This document shows positions 29,803 through 38,431 of a DNA stretch of 64,000 nucleotides, piece after piece. The position numbers and the translations under genes are program-made. The DNA lies in contig PKQR02000002.1 of the NCBI GenBank assembly GCA_017578085.2, positions 803-64,802 on the forward strand, written 5' to 3'. Under the pieces are notes generated by a model that searched no databases, was not told the origin of the DNA, and worked only from the letters and a program-made list of their open reading frames with translations. How positions within the stretch are numbered: position 1 is the first letter of the stretch; each line of letters opens with the position of its first letter. Origin of the DNA: Bacillota bacterium (GTDB lineage Bacteria > Bacillota > Limnochordia > Limnochordales > ZCTH02-B6).

Positions 29803-30354
29803 ATGATGACGCGAGCAAGCGCGGCCAGCAGTGCCCGTAACGCTTCCCGCAAGCGGCGGGCAGCCTTGGCCGATTGGCGGTGGCTATTGCTTCTGGGAGG
29901 GATCGGCGCCTTGACGGTATTCGCCGGGCTGGGGGCGACGGGAACCCCGTCCACCGGTACGGGCGCGAGCCCAGCGGCGGGTGCGGGGCCGGCGGTCGCG
30001 GTGGACTTGGCCGTGGAGCCGGTGGATGTGGGCGGTCAAGCTGCCTACGTCCTGGCGCTTGGGGTCATGGCTTCAGGAAACGAGGAGGCGGTGCTCACCT
30101 TCCGCACCGGGCAGACCTACGATTTCGCGGCGTTCCAGGACGGCCGCGAGGTGTGGCGCTGGTCGGCCGGCCGGGCGTTTCATCAAGCCGTGACCGAGCG
30201 CCGGTTCCGCCCGGGAGAGCTGGTCGTGTTCACGCACGTGTGGGACGGTCGCGACGCTCTGGGGAACCCCCTGACGGGTCCGGTGGAAATCAGGGCCTGG
30301 CTTTCCTCTGACCCACCCATCGCGGCGGAACCGGCCATCCTCCAGCTGCCTTAG
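29803..30354 (+). CDS. Membrane-anchored BsuPI-like (intracellular proteinase inhibitor family) protein
   Basis: 183-aa ORF, 21 nt after the protease stop, with RBS AGAGGGGTG. It has an N-terminal TM (WRWLLLLGGIGALTVFAGL). It then reads ..AVLTFRTGQTYDFAAFQDGREVWRWSAGRAFHQAVTERRFRPGELVVFTHVW.., matching the F.F.sGQ.yDF....G.EVWRWS....F.Q......PGE...F...W pattern I recall for BsuPI (PF12690). Confidence 0.65.
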   Translation: MMTRASAASSARNASRKRRAALADWRWLLLLGGIGALTVFAGLGATGTPSTGTGASPAAGAGPAVAVDLAVEPVDVGGQAAYVLALGVMASGNEEAVLTFRTGQTYDFAAFQDGREVWRWSAGRAFHQAVTERRFRPGELVVFTHVWDGRDALGNPLTGPVEIRAWLSSDPPIAAEPAILQLP

Positions 30355-30389
30355 CCGCCTGGGGCGGGTAGGCCAGGCTCGGCTCCGCC

Positions 30390-31205
30390 TCAGGCCGATG
30401 AACCGGGCGCCAACCCGCCCAGGTCCCCCCATTCGTAAAGGATGATGGTGGCCGCGACGAGCCCGGCGGTTTCGGTGCGCAGTATCCGCGGGCCGAGGGT
30501 GACGATGTGCGCTCCCCGCTCCTCGGCCGCGGCCACCTCCTCCGGCGACAAGCCCCCCTCGGGCCCGATGAGCACGGTGACAGGCCCCGGGGACAGGCCC
30601 CGCAGCACCGCCCGCAACCCCCGTCCCCGGGCCTCCTCCCACGGCACGATGACGTGCCCGAAGTCGTCTTCCTCCTCGCCCCTGGCCGCCAAAAACGCGG
30701 GCAGCGAAACGGGCGGGGCCACCTGGGGGACTCTTCCCCGGTGCGCCTGCTTGGCCGCCTCATAGGCGATGCGCTGCCAGCGACGCCAGCGGGATTCGGA
30801 CTTGGCCTCGTCCCAGACCACGACGGTGCGGGCGGTGAAAACGGGCACGATGCGGCTCGCGCCCGCTTCCACAGCCTTTTGCACCACCAGGTCCATCTTG
30901 TCGCCTTTGGGAATGCCCTGGACAATCGTGAGGAACACGGGCGGCTCGCCGCGAGAAGGCTGGCGCGACAGGACGCGGGCGGCCACTCGTGCGGGGTTGA
31001 CAGTCAACAATTCCGCTTCGTAGTCGGAGCCTTGACCGTCGCAGACGACGATCCGGTCTCCCCGGGCGAGCCGCAACACCCGGGCGATGTGCTCCGCGTC
31101 ACTGCCGGTGAGCTCCACGACGGCCCCTGGGTCCAGCGCAGACGGGTCATCGCCGGCCGCCGGCGGCGGGAAGCCAGCGGCACTATCCAGAAAGAAGCGG
31201 TGCAT
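30390..31205 (-). CDS. rsmE: 16S rRNA (uracil1498-N3)-methyltransferase RsmE
   Basis: The C-terminal 271 codons of ORF 30390..31844 read MHRFFLD..GDRIVVCDGQGSDYEAEL..IVQGIPKGDKMDLVVQKAVEAGASRIVP..LIGPEGGLSPEEV..LGPRILRTETAG. The ATG overlaps the prmA stop as TAATG. Confidence 0.9.
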   Translation of the reverse strand: MHRFFLDSAAGFPPPAAGDDPSALDPGAVVELTGSDAEHIARVLRLARGDRIVVCDGQGSDYEAELLTVNPARVAARVLSRQPSRGEPPVFLTIVQGIPKGDKMDLVVQKAVEAGASRIVPVFTARTVVVWDEAKSESRWRRWQRIAYEAAKQAHRGRVPQVAPPVSLPAFLAARGEEEDDFGHVIVPWEEARGRGLRAVLRGLSPGPVTVLIGPEGGLSPEEVAAAEERGAHIVTLGPRILRTETAGLVAATIILYEWGDLGGLAPGSSA

Positions 31206-32077
31206 TAGGCCGTCCGCTCCGCGATCAGGCAGCGCCACTCGCTCCGGGCCCGCTCGTCCCGGATGGAGAAGCCCGCCCGCTCCAGGCTCCTCCGCACCAG
31301 AGGGCACGCGTCGTCGATGATGCCGCTGGCCACCAACACCCCGCGGGGACGCAGGAGGGCGTACAGGTCCCCCGCCATGTCGGCGATGACGTCGGCCAGG
31401 ATGTTGGCCACCACCAGATGGGCCTGGTGCTCGGCCAAAAGGGCGCGCGCCGCCGCGGTGCTGCCGGCCGCCACCCATACGCGCTCGTGCACCCCGTTGC
31501 GGCGGCAGTTCTCCCGGGCCACCTGCACCGCCTGGGGATCGATGTCGACGGCCACCACCGAGCCGGCGCCCAAGCGCGCCGCCGCGATGGCCAAGATGCC
31601 TGAGCCCGTGCCCACATCCACGACGGTCTCTCCCGCCCGCACCAGCTCCTCCAGGGCCTCCAGGCAGAGGGCCGTCGTGGGATGATAGCCCGTGCCAAAC
31701 GCCATGCCCGGGTCGAGCTCGATGACGATCCGCTCCGAGGGCGGCACCAGGACCCACGCGGGCTTGACCAGCAGCCGGCGGCCGATCGCCAGCGGCTGGT
31801 AATGCCGCTTCCAGCTCTCGGCCCAATCCTCGTCCTGCACCCACTCTACCGACACCCGGGCGGGGCCCGGTTCGAGGCCGTAGCGCTGGAGCCCCAGCAC
31901 CTGCTGCTCGATGTCCACCGCCGAAACCGGGGAATGCTCAGGCAAATAGGCGATGACGGCCCGCCGGCTCCCGTCGCCCTCAAGCACGACACCCTGGGCG
32001 CCGGCCGCCAAGAGGATTTGGGTGACCGCTTCTTCGCACTCGGCGCCGGTGTGCACCGCCACCTTCATCCACCGCAC
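31205..32077 (-). CDS. prmA: Ribosomal protein L11 methyltransferase
   Basis: 290-aa ORF with ..DPGMAFGTGYHPTTALCLEAL.. and the SAM motif VVDVGTGSGILAIAAARLGA. Confidence 0.9.
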   Translation of the reverse strand: MRWMKVAVHTGAECEEAVTQILLAAGAQGVVLEGDGSRRAVIAYLPEHSPVSAVDIEQQVLGLQRYGLEPGPARVSVEWVQDEDWAESWKRHYQPLAIGRRLLVKPAWVLVPPSERIVIELDPGMAFGTGYHPTTALCLEALEELVRAGETVVDVGTGSGILAIAAARLGAGSVVAVDIDPQAVQVARENCRRNGVHERVWVAAGSTAAARALLAEHQAHLVVANILADVIADMAGDLYALLRPRGVLVASGIIDDACPLVRRSLERAGFSIRDERARSEWRCLIAERTA

Positions 32078-32167
32078 ACTGCAGCCCTCCCGGCCCGCCG
32101 GCGCCGCCTGTGCGCCTAGCCGCTGGCGGAGGATTCGCCAGGCCGCGGCGGGCTTGACCGCTCCTTG

Positions 32168-33346
32168 CTATTGGCCGTTGCGCCCGCCGAGCGTGTCCCG
32201 CACGCGCTCGAAAAATCGCTTGCTGCCCGGCGGCGCTTCGCCGCTTTCCCGGGCAAATTCTCTCAACAGCTCTTTTTGCCTCGGCGTGAGGCGCCGGGGT
32301 ATCTCCACCCGAACCCGGACGATCTGATCGCCGCGCCCGTAACCGCCCATGCGGGGGATGCCCTGCCCCCGGATGCGGAACTCAGAACCGGGCTGAGTGC
32401 CCTCGGGGATCTTTAGCTTGTGGGTGCCTTCCAGCGTCGGCACCTCGATCTCGTCCCCCAGGGCCGCCTGGACGAAACTGATGGGCACCTCGCAGATGAC
32501 GTTGTCCCCGTCCCGAACAAACATGGGATGCGGCCGCACCCGCACGTACAGGTACAGGTCGCCCGGCGGCCCGCCGCGCATGCCGGCTTCGCCCTCGCCT
32601 CGCAGACGAATGCGATTGCCGGTGTCGACGCCCGCCGGGATCTTGACACTGATGCGCCGGCGGCGCTGCACTTGGCCGGCGCCGCCGCACTCCCGGCAAG
32701 GGGTCGACGCCCACTTCCCTTCGCCGCGGCACCGGGGGCACACCACAATATTGACGAACTGGCCGAAGGCGGTGGCGCGGACGTGGCGCACCTCACCCGT
32801 GCCCTTGCACTCCGGGCACGTTTGGATGGGTGTGCCCGGCTCGGCGCCGTTGCCCTGGCAGCGGGAGCACGCCTCAACCCGTTCCACGTCGATGGTCTTC
32901 TCGACGCCAAACGCGGCTTCCTTGAAGTCCAAGTCGATCTCCATCTCGACGTCGCGGCCGCGCACCGGCCCGCGTGACCGCTGCCGCCGCCCGCCGGTGA
33001 ACACGTCGAAGAGATCGTCAAAGAGGTCACCGAAGGGGTCGAAACCGCCCGCCCCGAAAGGACCAAAGTCCCCGAAGCCGCCAGGGCCAAAGCCGCCGGG
33101 ACCCGCGCCGTTGGCACCATCAAACGCGGCGTGCCCAAAGCGGTCGTATTGCTCCCGCGTCTTGGGATCGCTCAGGACACGGTACGCCTCGTTGATCTCC
33201 TTGAACTTCTCTTCGGCCTGGGGATCGTCTTTGTTGACGTCGGGATGGTACTGGCGCGCGAGCTTCCGGTACGCCCGTTTAATCTCTTCCTGCGTGGCGT
33301 CGCGGCTGACCCCCAGCACCTCGTAGTAGTCCCGCTTGGTCGCCAA
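32168..33346 (-). CDS. dnaJ: Molecular chaperone DnaJ
   Basis: J domain [39 protein letters not shown], a G/F region, and four CxxCxGxG zinc-finger repeats. Confidence 0.95.
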   Translation of the reverse strand: MATKRDYYEVLGVSRDATQEEIKRAYRKLARQYHPDVNKDDPQAEEKFKEINEAYRVLSDPKTREQYDRFGHAAFDGANGAGPGGFGPGGFGDFGPFGAGGFDPFGDLFDDLFDVFTGGRRQRSRGPVRGRDVEMEIDLDFKEAAFGVEKTIDVERVEACSRCQGNGAEPGTPIQTCPECKGTGEVRHVRATAFGQFVNIVVCPRCRGEGKWASTPCRECGGAGQVQRRRRISVKIPAGVDTGNRIRLRGEGEAGMRGGPPGDLYLYVRVRPHPMFVRDGDNVICEVPISFVQAALGDEIEVPTLEGTHKLKIPEGTQPGSEFRIRGQGIPRMGGYGRGDQIVRVRVEIPRRLTPRQKELLREFARESGEAPPGSKRFFERVRDTLGGRNGQ

Positions 33347-33399
33347 TCACTACACCGCCCTCGAGCCCAAGGGCTCCTCACCGAAAGAGGGGCGGCGGG

Positions 33400-35262
33400 T
33401 CAAACGCCCCGCCGCTCCTCATCGTTCTTCACGGTATATTCACCTTCGACGGTCGTGCCGTCCGCCTTGCCGTTCGCGCCCGGCGTCGTCCCGCCGAAGC
33501 TGGTCTGCCCGGCCTGGTACCCGCTCTGGCCGGCGGCCTGGTAGGCCCGGATCGTCACGTCATGCAGCGCTTTGCTCAGGGCCTCCAGGCCGTCCTTGAT
33601 GGCCTGGGCGTCGTTGCCGTTGACGACCGACTGCAGCCGCTGCTTGGCCTTCTCGATGTTGTCCCGCTCCTGCGGCGACACCTTGTCGCCCAGATCCTTG
33701 AGGGTACGGTCGACAGCGTAAATCAGGCTGTCGGCCTGGTTGCGCAGCTCGGCCAGCTCCTTGCGCTTGCGGTCCTCCTCGGCGTACTTCTCGGCTTCCG
33801 CCACCATCCGCTTGATGTCCTCGGACGTGAGGCCGGTGGACGCGGTCAGCGTCACCTGCTGCGCCCGGCCGGTCGCCAGGTCCTTGGCCGACACCTTGAC
33901 GATGCCGTTGGCGTCGATGTCAAAGCTGACCTCGATCTGCGGAACGCCCCGCGGCGCCGGCGGGATGCCGTCCAGGCGGAACCGGCCCAAGGTCACGTTG
34001 TCCGCCGCCATCGGCCGCTCGCCCTGGAGCACGTGGATCTCCACCGACGTCTGGTTGTCGGCCGCCGTGGTGAAGATCTTCTTGGCCGATGTGGGAATGG
34101 TCGTGTTCCGCTCGATGATCTTCGTGAAGACGCCGCCCAAGGTTTCGATGCCGAGCGAAAGGGGCGTTACGTCCAGCAGGACCAAGTCCTTCATCTCGCC
34201 GGCGAGCACGGCGGCCTGGATGGCCGCGCCGATGGCCACGCACTCATCGGGGTTGATCCCCTTGTAGGGTTCCTTGCCGATGAGGTTCTTGATGGCCTCC
34301 TGGACCGCCGGGATGCGGGTCGAGCCGCCGACGAGGATCACCTTGTCGATCTGGTGCGGCTCCAGCCCCGCGTCCTTAAGCGCCTGCCGCGTCGGCCCCA
34401 GGGTCGCTTCGACCAAGTCCCGGGTCAACTCTTCAAACTTGGCCCGGGTAAGCGTCACGTCGATGTGCAGCGGCCCCTGCGGCCCCATGGCGATGAAGGG
34501 CAGGCTGATGTTGGTGGTGGTCACGCCCGACAGCTCGATCTTCGCCTTCTCGGCCGCCTCCTTGAGGCGCTGCATGGCCTGGCGGTCCCGGGTCAGATCG
34601 ATGCCGTGCTCCATCTTGAACTGTTCCACAAGCCAGCGGATGATGCGCTCATCGAAGTCGTCGCCGCCCAGGTGGTTGTTGCCGCTGGTGGCCTTGACCT
34701 CAAAGACCCCGTCGCCGATCTCAAGGATCGAGACGTCAAACGTACCGCCGCCCAGGTCGAAGACGAGGATGGTCTGGTTGCCTTCCTTGTCAAGGCCGTA
34801 GGCCAGGGACGCGGCCGTCGGCTCGTTGATGATGCGCAGGACTTCCAGGCCCGCTATGGTGCCTGCGTCCTTCGTAGCCTGGCGCTGGGCGTCGGTGAAA
34901 TACGCGGGTACAGTGATGACCGCCTTCGTGACGGGCTGGCCCAGGTAGTTTTCGGCCTCGGCCTTGAGCTTTTGCAGGATCATGGCCGAAATCTCCTGGG
35001 GCGTGTACTCCTTGTCGTCAATGCGGACCTTGTAGTTGGTGCCCATCTTGCGCTTGATGGACACCACGGTCCGGTCGGGATTGAGCACCGCCTGGCGCTT
35101 CGCGGCGTGCCCGACCAAACGCTCGCCGTCCTTGGTGAAGGCCACGACCGACGGCGTGGTGCGGCTGCCTTCGCTGTTGGGGATGACGACCGGCTCGCCG
35201 CCCTCCACGACCGCAACGACCGAGTTGGTTGTACCCAGGTCGATGCCGATGACCTTGCTCAT
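33400..35262 (-). CDS. dnaK: Molecular chaperone DnaK (Hsp70)
   Basis: [18 protein letters not shown].., [12 protein letters not shown], and [15 protein letters not shown]; 620 aa. Confidence 0.97.
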   Translation of the reverse strand: MSKVIGIDLGTTNSVVAVVEGGEPVVIPNSEGSRTTPSVVAFTKDGERLVGHAAKRQAVLNPDRTVVSIKRKMGTNYKVRIDDKEYTPQEISAMILQKLKAEAENYLGQPVTKAVITVPAYFTDAQRQATKDAGTIAGLEVLRIINEPTAASLAYGLDKEGNQTILVFDLGGGTFDVSILEIGDGVFEVKATSGNNHLGGDDFDERIIRWLVEQFKMEHGIDLTRDRQAMQRLKEAAEKAKIELSGVTTTNISLPFIAMGPQGPLHIDVTLTRAKFEELTRDLVEATLGPTRQALKDAGLEPHQIDKVILVGGSTRIPAVQEAIKNLIGKEPYKGINPDECVAIGAAIQAAVLAGEMKDLVLLDVTPLSLGIETLGGVFTKIIERNTTIPTSAKKIFTTAADNQTSVEIHVLQGERPMAADNVTLGRFRLDGIPPAPRGVPQIEVSFDIDANGIVKVSAKDLATGRAQQVTLTASTGLTSEDIKRMVAEAEKYAEEDRKRKELAELRNQADSLIYAVDRTLKDLGDKVSPQERDNIEKAKQRLQSVVNGNDAQAIKDGLEALSKALHDVTIRAYQAAGQSGYQAGQTSFGGTTPGANGKADGTTVEGEYTVKNDEERRGV

Positions 35263-35295
35263 CTATAAACTCCTCCCGTCGCTTGCAGGCCGCGG

Positions 35296-36045
35296 TCAGC
35301 GCGCCGCCGCGACCTTGACCAGACTGGGGCGCAGCACCTTATTGTGCAGCCGGTAGCCGCGCCGGTACTCCTCCACCACGTAGCCGGGGGGCGCCCCCTC
35401 GCCGGGTTCGGCTTCGGCCACGGCTTCCATAGTATTGGGATCGAAAGGCCGGCCTACCGCCTCGATGGGCGTGAGGCCGTGGCGCGCCAGCACGTCAGCC
35501 AGCTGCTGCCGGATCAACCTGACGCCCTGGCCCAAAGGGCTTGCAGCGTCCTCGCCGGCCGCGGCCAAGGCCTGATCCAGGCCGTCCATAACCGGCAGCA
35601 TGTCCACAATCAGCCGCTCGGCCGCCGTCAACCGGAGGGCCTCCATTTCCTGCCGGGTGCGGCGCCGGTAATTGTCAAACTCTGCCAGCAGGCGGACGTA
35701 CTGGTCCGCCAGTTCCCGCTCCCGCGCTTCCAGCTGCGCGATCCGGGCTTGCAATTGGTCCAGGTCAGGACTCGCAGGCCCAGCCGCCTCCTGCGGCTCC
35801 GCACCGTCTTGGGCCGGGCCGGTCTCCCCGGCGGGCCGCGGCGACACCTCTTGCTGCACAGCCACCTCGGCACCGGCCGTCTCTTGGGTCGCCGATGCCT
35901 CCGCCTCCCCGGCCGCCCCCGCGTCTGCCGGCGCTTCGGGCTGGATCGGCTTGGTAGTGGGATCGTCCTTCTTGCGCGGCAACGGCGTCGACTCCCCTGA
36001 ACAAAGAAAAGTCCCTCGCGGCGGACACGCCTCAAGGGCCACCAT
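35296..36045 (-). CDS. grpE: Nucleotide exchange factor GrpE (long low-complexity N-terminus; start uncertain)
   Basis: Core ..RERELADQYVRLLAEFDNYRRRTRQEME..VIDMLPVMDGLDQAL..GYRLHNKVLRPSLVKV. ATG 36045 has no RBS. TTG 35982, downstream of GGGGAG, is an alternative start. Confidence 0.85.
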   Translation of the reverse strand: MVALEACPPRGTFLCSGESTPLPRKKDDPTTKPIQPEAPADAGAAGEAEASATQETAGAEVAVQQEVSPRPAGETGPAQDGAEPQEAAGPASPDLDQLQARIAQLEARERELADQYVRLLAEFDNYRRRTRQEMEALRLTAAERLIVDMLPVMDGLDQALAAAGEDAASPLGQGVRLIRQQLADVLARHGLTPIEAVGRPFDPNTMEAVAEAEPGEGAPPGYVVEEYRRGYRLHNKVLRPSLVKVAAAR

Positions 36046-36094
36046 ATTATATCGGACGCGACGCGGCCATGTCCACGCCGGACCTAGCGGCGCT

Positions 36095-37129
36095 TCAACG
36101 GCCGCGCACGAGAGCCATGAGCGCTTCGCTCAGGTGATCGGCCACGTACTGGACCAGACCGACGGCCTTGGAGTAATCCATGCGGGTCGGCCCCAGCACG
36201 CCGATGGCACCAATCACCTCGTCGCCCAGCCGGTAGGTCGCCGAGACGACGCTGCACTCCTGCAGCGCGGGCACCGGGTTTTCCTGGCCAATGATGACGG
36301 TCGTGCCGCTGTGCCGGGACGCGTAATTCAGCACCTGCATGAGGGTGTCCCGGGCCTCCAGGATGGCCAGCAGCGACCGGGCCCGCTCGATGTCGCGGAA
36401 TTCCGGCTGGCTGAGGATATTCAGCGTACCTTCCAGATAGACCTTATCCGAGTCACGCTCACCCAGGCCGCTGGTGAGCAGATCCGCCACCGCATCGTAC
36501 AGCTCCGGGTGACCCACCTCTTCCCTGATACCAGAGAGGAGGTCGCGCCCGATGTCGCCGTAGCGCACACCCAGGAGCCGCCGGTTGAGCCGATCGGCCA
36601 TGGCGTCGCACTGGTCCTGGGTCACCGGCCGCCCCAACTCAACGATGCGGTGCTGCACGAAGCCGGGATCCGCCACCACGATGGCCACGACCCGCGTTTC
36701 ATCCAGCGGAACCAGGTCAAGGCGCCGGAAGACGCTGGCCTCAAGCCGCGGGGCCGCAACCATCGACGCGTACTGGGTATGCCGGGCCAAAAGCCGTGCC
36801 GCCTCGTGGATCATCTCCTCCATCGCGCGGCGTACGGCGAGCACTTCCCGGTAAATAGCGGAGCGCTCGGCCGGACCAGGTTCCCAGCGTGCCATCAGCT
36901 CGTCGACGTAGTACCGGTAGCCCTTGTCCGACGGAATTCGGCCCGCGGACGTGTGGGGCTGGTGCAGATAGCCTTCCTCCTCCAGGTCGGCCATCTCGTT
37001 GCGGATGGTCGCCGGGCTGACCCCCAGGTTGTACTTGCGGGCCAGGTTGCGGGACCCGACGGGTTCCGCCGTCTGGATGTAATCGTCGGTTACAGCCTGC
37101 AGTACCCGTCGCTTGCGCTCGTCCAGCAC
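36095..37129 (-). CDS. hrcA: Heat-inducible transcription repressor HrcA
   Basis: VLDERKRRVLQAVTDDYIQTAEPVGSRNLARKYNLGVSPATIRNEMADLEEEGYL.. GTG 37129 follows GGAAGGAGGTGG. The ORF track start at 37225 would run through the CIRCE/promoter region. Confidence 0.9.
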   Translation of the reverse strand: MLDERKRRVLQAVTDDYIQTAEPVGSRNLARKYNLGVSPATIRNEMADLEEEGYLHQPHTSAGRIPSDKGYRYYVDELMARWEPGPAERSAIYREVLAVRRAMEEMIHEAARLLARHTQYASMVAAPRLEASVFRRLDLVPLDETRVVAIVVADPGFVQHRIVELGRPVTQDQCDAMADRLNRRLLGVRYGDIGRDLLSGIREEVGHPELYDAVADLLTSGLGERDSDKVYLEGTLNILSQPEFRDIERARSLLAILEARDTLMQVLNYASRHSGTTVIIGQENPVPALQECSVVSATYRLGDEVIGAIGVLGPTRMDYSKAVGLVQYVADHLSEALMALVRGR

Positions 37130-37149
37130 GCGCTCCACCTCCTTCCCCT

Positions 37150-37176
37150 TTAGCACTCCTCGCCGGAGAGTGCTAA
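37150..37176. promoter_or_regulatory. CIRCE operator (HrcA binding site), perfect match TTAGCACTC-N9-GAGTGCTAA
   Basis: TTAGCACTC (37150-37158), ctcgccgga, GAGTGCTAA (37168-37176). It lies between the hrcA -10 box and its RBS. Confidence 0.9.
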
Positions 37177-37188
37177 CTCCTCTTTTCC

Positions 37189-37218
37189 AACATAGCACCG
37201 GCCGAAAAGTGTTGTCAA
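37189..37218 (-). promoter_or_regulatory. Sigma-A type promoter of the hrcA-grpE-dnaK-dnaJ operon
   Basis: The minus strand reads TTGACA (37218..37213), an 18-nt spacer ending in TGc, then TATGTT (37194..37189). CIRCE follows immediately downstream. Confidence 0.5.
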
Positions 37219-37272
37219 TCTTCACGGGACGCCCATTGACACGCTTCCCGGCGCCCGGGTAGGCTGTTGCCG

Positions 37273-38385
37273 ATGGACCTGTACACCCTTGCGCGCCCCA
37301 TCCTTTGGACGATGGATCCCGAGCGGGCCCACCGCCTCGCCGTCGGCTTGCTTGCGCACGTAAGCCGCCGCCCGCGGCTTTTGGCCACCTTGCGCAGGCG
37401 CCTGGCGACAGCCCCGGACCGGCTGGCGGTGGAGGCGATGGGACTGCGGTTTCCCAACTGCGTGGGGCTGGCGGCCGGCCTGGACAAAGACGCGGAAGCT
37501 GCGCCCGCCCTGGCGGCCCTCGGGTTTGGCTTTGTGGAAGTGGGCACGGTCACGCCGCGCCCGCAGCCCGGCAACCCCCCGGTGCGTCTCTGGCGGCTGC
37601 CGGCCCACCGAGCTTTGATCAACCGGATGGGGTTTAACAACCAAGGCGCGCCGGCCCTGGCCACGCGGCTTCATGAGGCGCGGGCGCTGGTGCCCGTACC
37701 CATCGGCGTCAACATTGCGAAGAACCGGGACACGCCCGCGGAGGCGGCCGCCGCTGACTACGTGCGCTGCCTCGAAATCGTCTATCCGGTGGCCGATTTT
37801 GTGGTCATCAACGTGAGCTCTCCCAACACCCCCGGACTGCGGGGGCTGCAGGAAGCGCCGCTCTTGGACGAGCTCTTGGCCGCGGTCAACGACGCCCGCG
37901 CCAGGCTCGCCGCGGCGACCGCGGGCACCGAGCGGCCGCTTCTGGTCAAGGTCGCGCCGGACCTCACCGCCCAGCAGCTGGACGAGGTGCTGGACGTCTG
38001 CCTGCGGCGCCAGGTGAGCGGCATCATCGCCACCAACACGACGGTCTCCCGTCCGGGGTTGCGCGGCCGTGCAGCCGAACTGCCCGGCGGGTTAAGTGGC
38101 GCTCCCCTGTTTGAACTCTCCAACCGCGTCGTGGCCGCCATCTACCGGCGCACCCGGGGGCGGCTGCCCATCATCGGCGTGGGCGGGATCATGTCCGCTC
38201 AAGACGCGTACGCCAAGATCAAGGCCGGCGCTTCCCTCGTCCAGGTGTTCACCGGTTTCGTCTACGGCGGGCCCGGGTTTGTGAGAACCGTTTTGGAAGG
38301 ATTGGACCAGCTCCTGGCACGCGACGGCCTCGGGCGCGTCGAGCAGGCCGTGGGCGTCGAAGCGGACCGCTGGCCGGACCCGTAG
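37273..38385 (+). CDS. pyrD: Dihydroorotate dehydrogenase (quinone), class 2
   Basis: MDLYTLARPILWTMDPERAHRL..GLRFPNCVGLAAGLDKD..GFGFVEVGTVTPRPQPGNPPVRLWRL..LINRMGFNN..NVSSPNTPGLR (Ser active-site type). It is collinear with E. coli PyrD, including the N-terminal membrane-association extension. Confidence 0.9.
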   Translation: MDLYTLARPILWTMDPERAHRLAVGLLAHVSRRPRLLATLRRRLATAPDRLAVEAMGLRFPNCVGLAAGLDKDAEAAPALAALGFGFVEVGTVTPRPQPGNPPVRLWRLPAHRALINRMGFNNQGAPALATRLHEARALVPVPIGVNIAKNRDTPAEAAAADYVRCLEIVYPVADFVVINVSSPNTPGLRGLQEAPLLDELLAAVNDARARLAAATAGTERPLLVKVAPDLTAQQLDEVLDVCLRRQVSGIIATNTTVSRPGLRGRAAELPGGLSGAPLFELSNRVVAAIYRRTRGRLPIIGVGGIMSAQDAYAKIKAGASLVQVFTGFVYGGPGFVRTVLEGLDQLLARDGLGRVEQAVGVEADRWPDP

Positions 38386-38431
38386 ACCAAAGGAATAGTC
38401 CTGCGCGGGGCCGCCACCGGGACGGGCCCGT

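Noticed and set aside
33562-35268. 568-aa plus-strand ORF
   Set aside because: It is exactly antisense to dnaK, whose identity is unambiguous. It is a GC-driven open frame.
38386-38431. Hairpins in short convergent gaps (pyrD/hemW here, and BsuPI/rsmE at 30355-30389)
   Set aside because: The stems are only 5-6 bp with large loops and no U-tract. They are too weak to call terminators.
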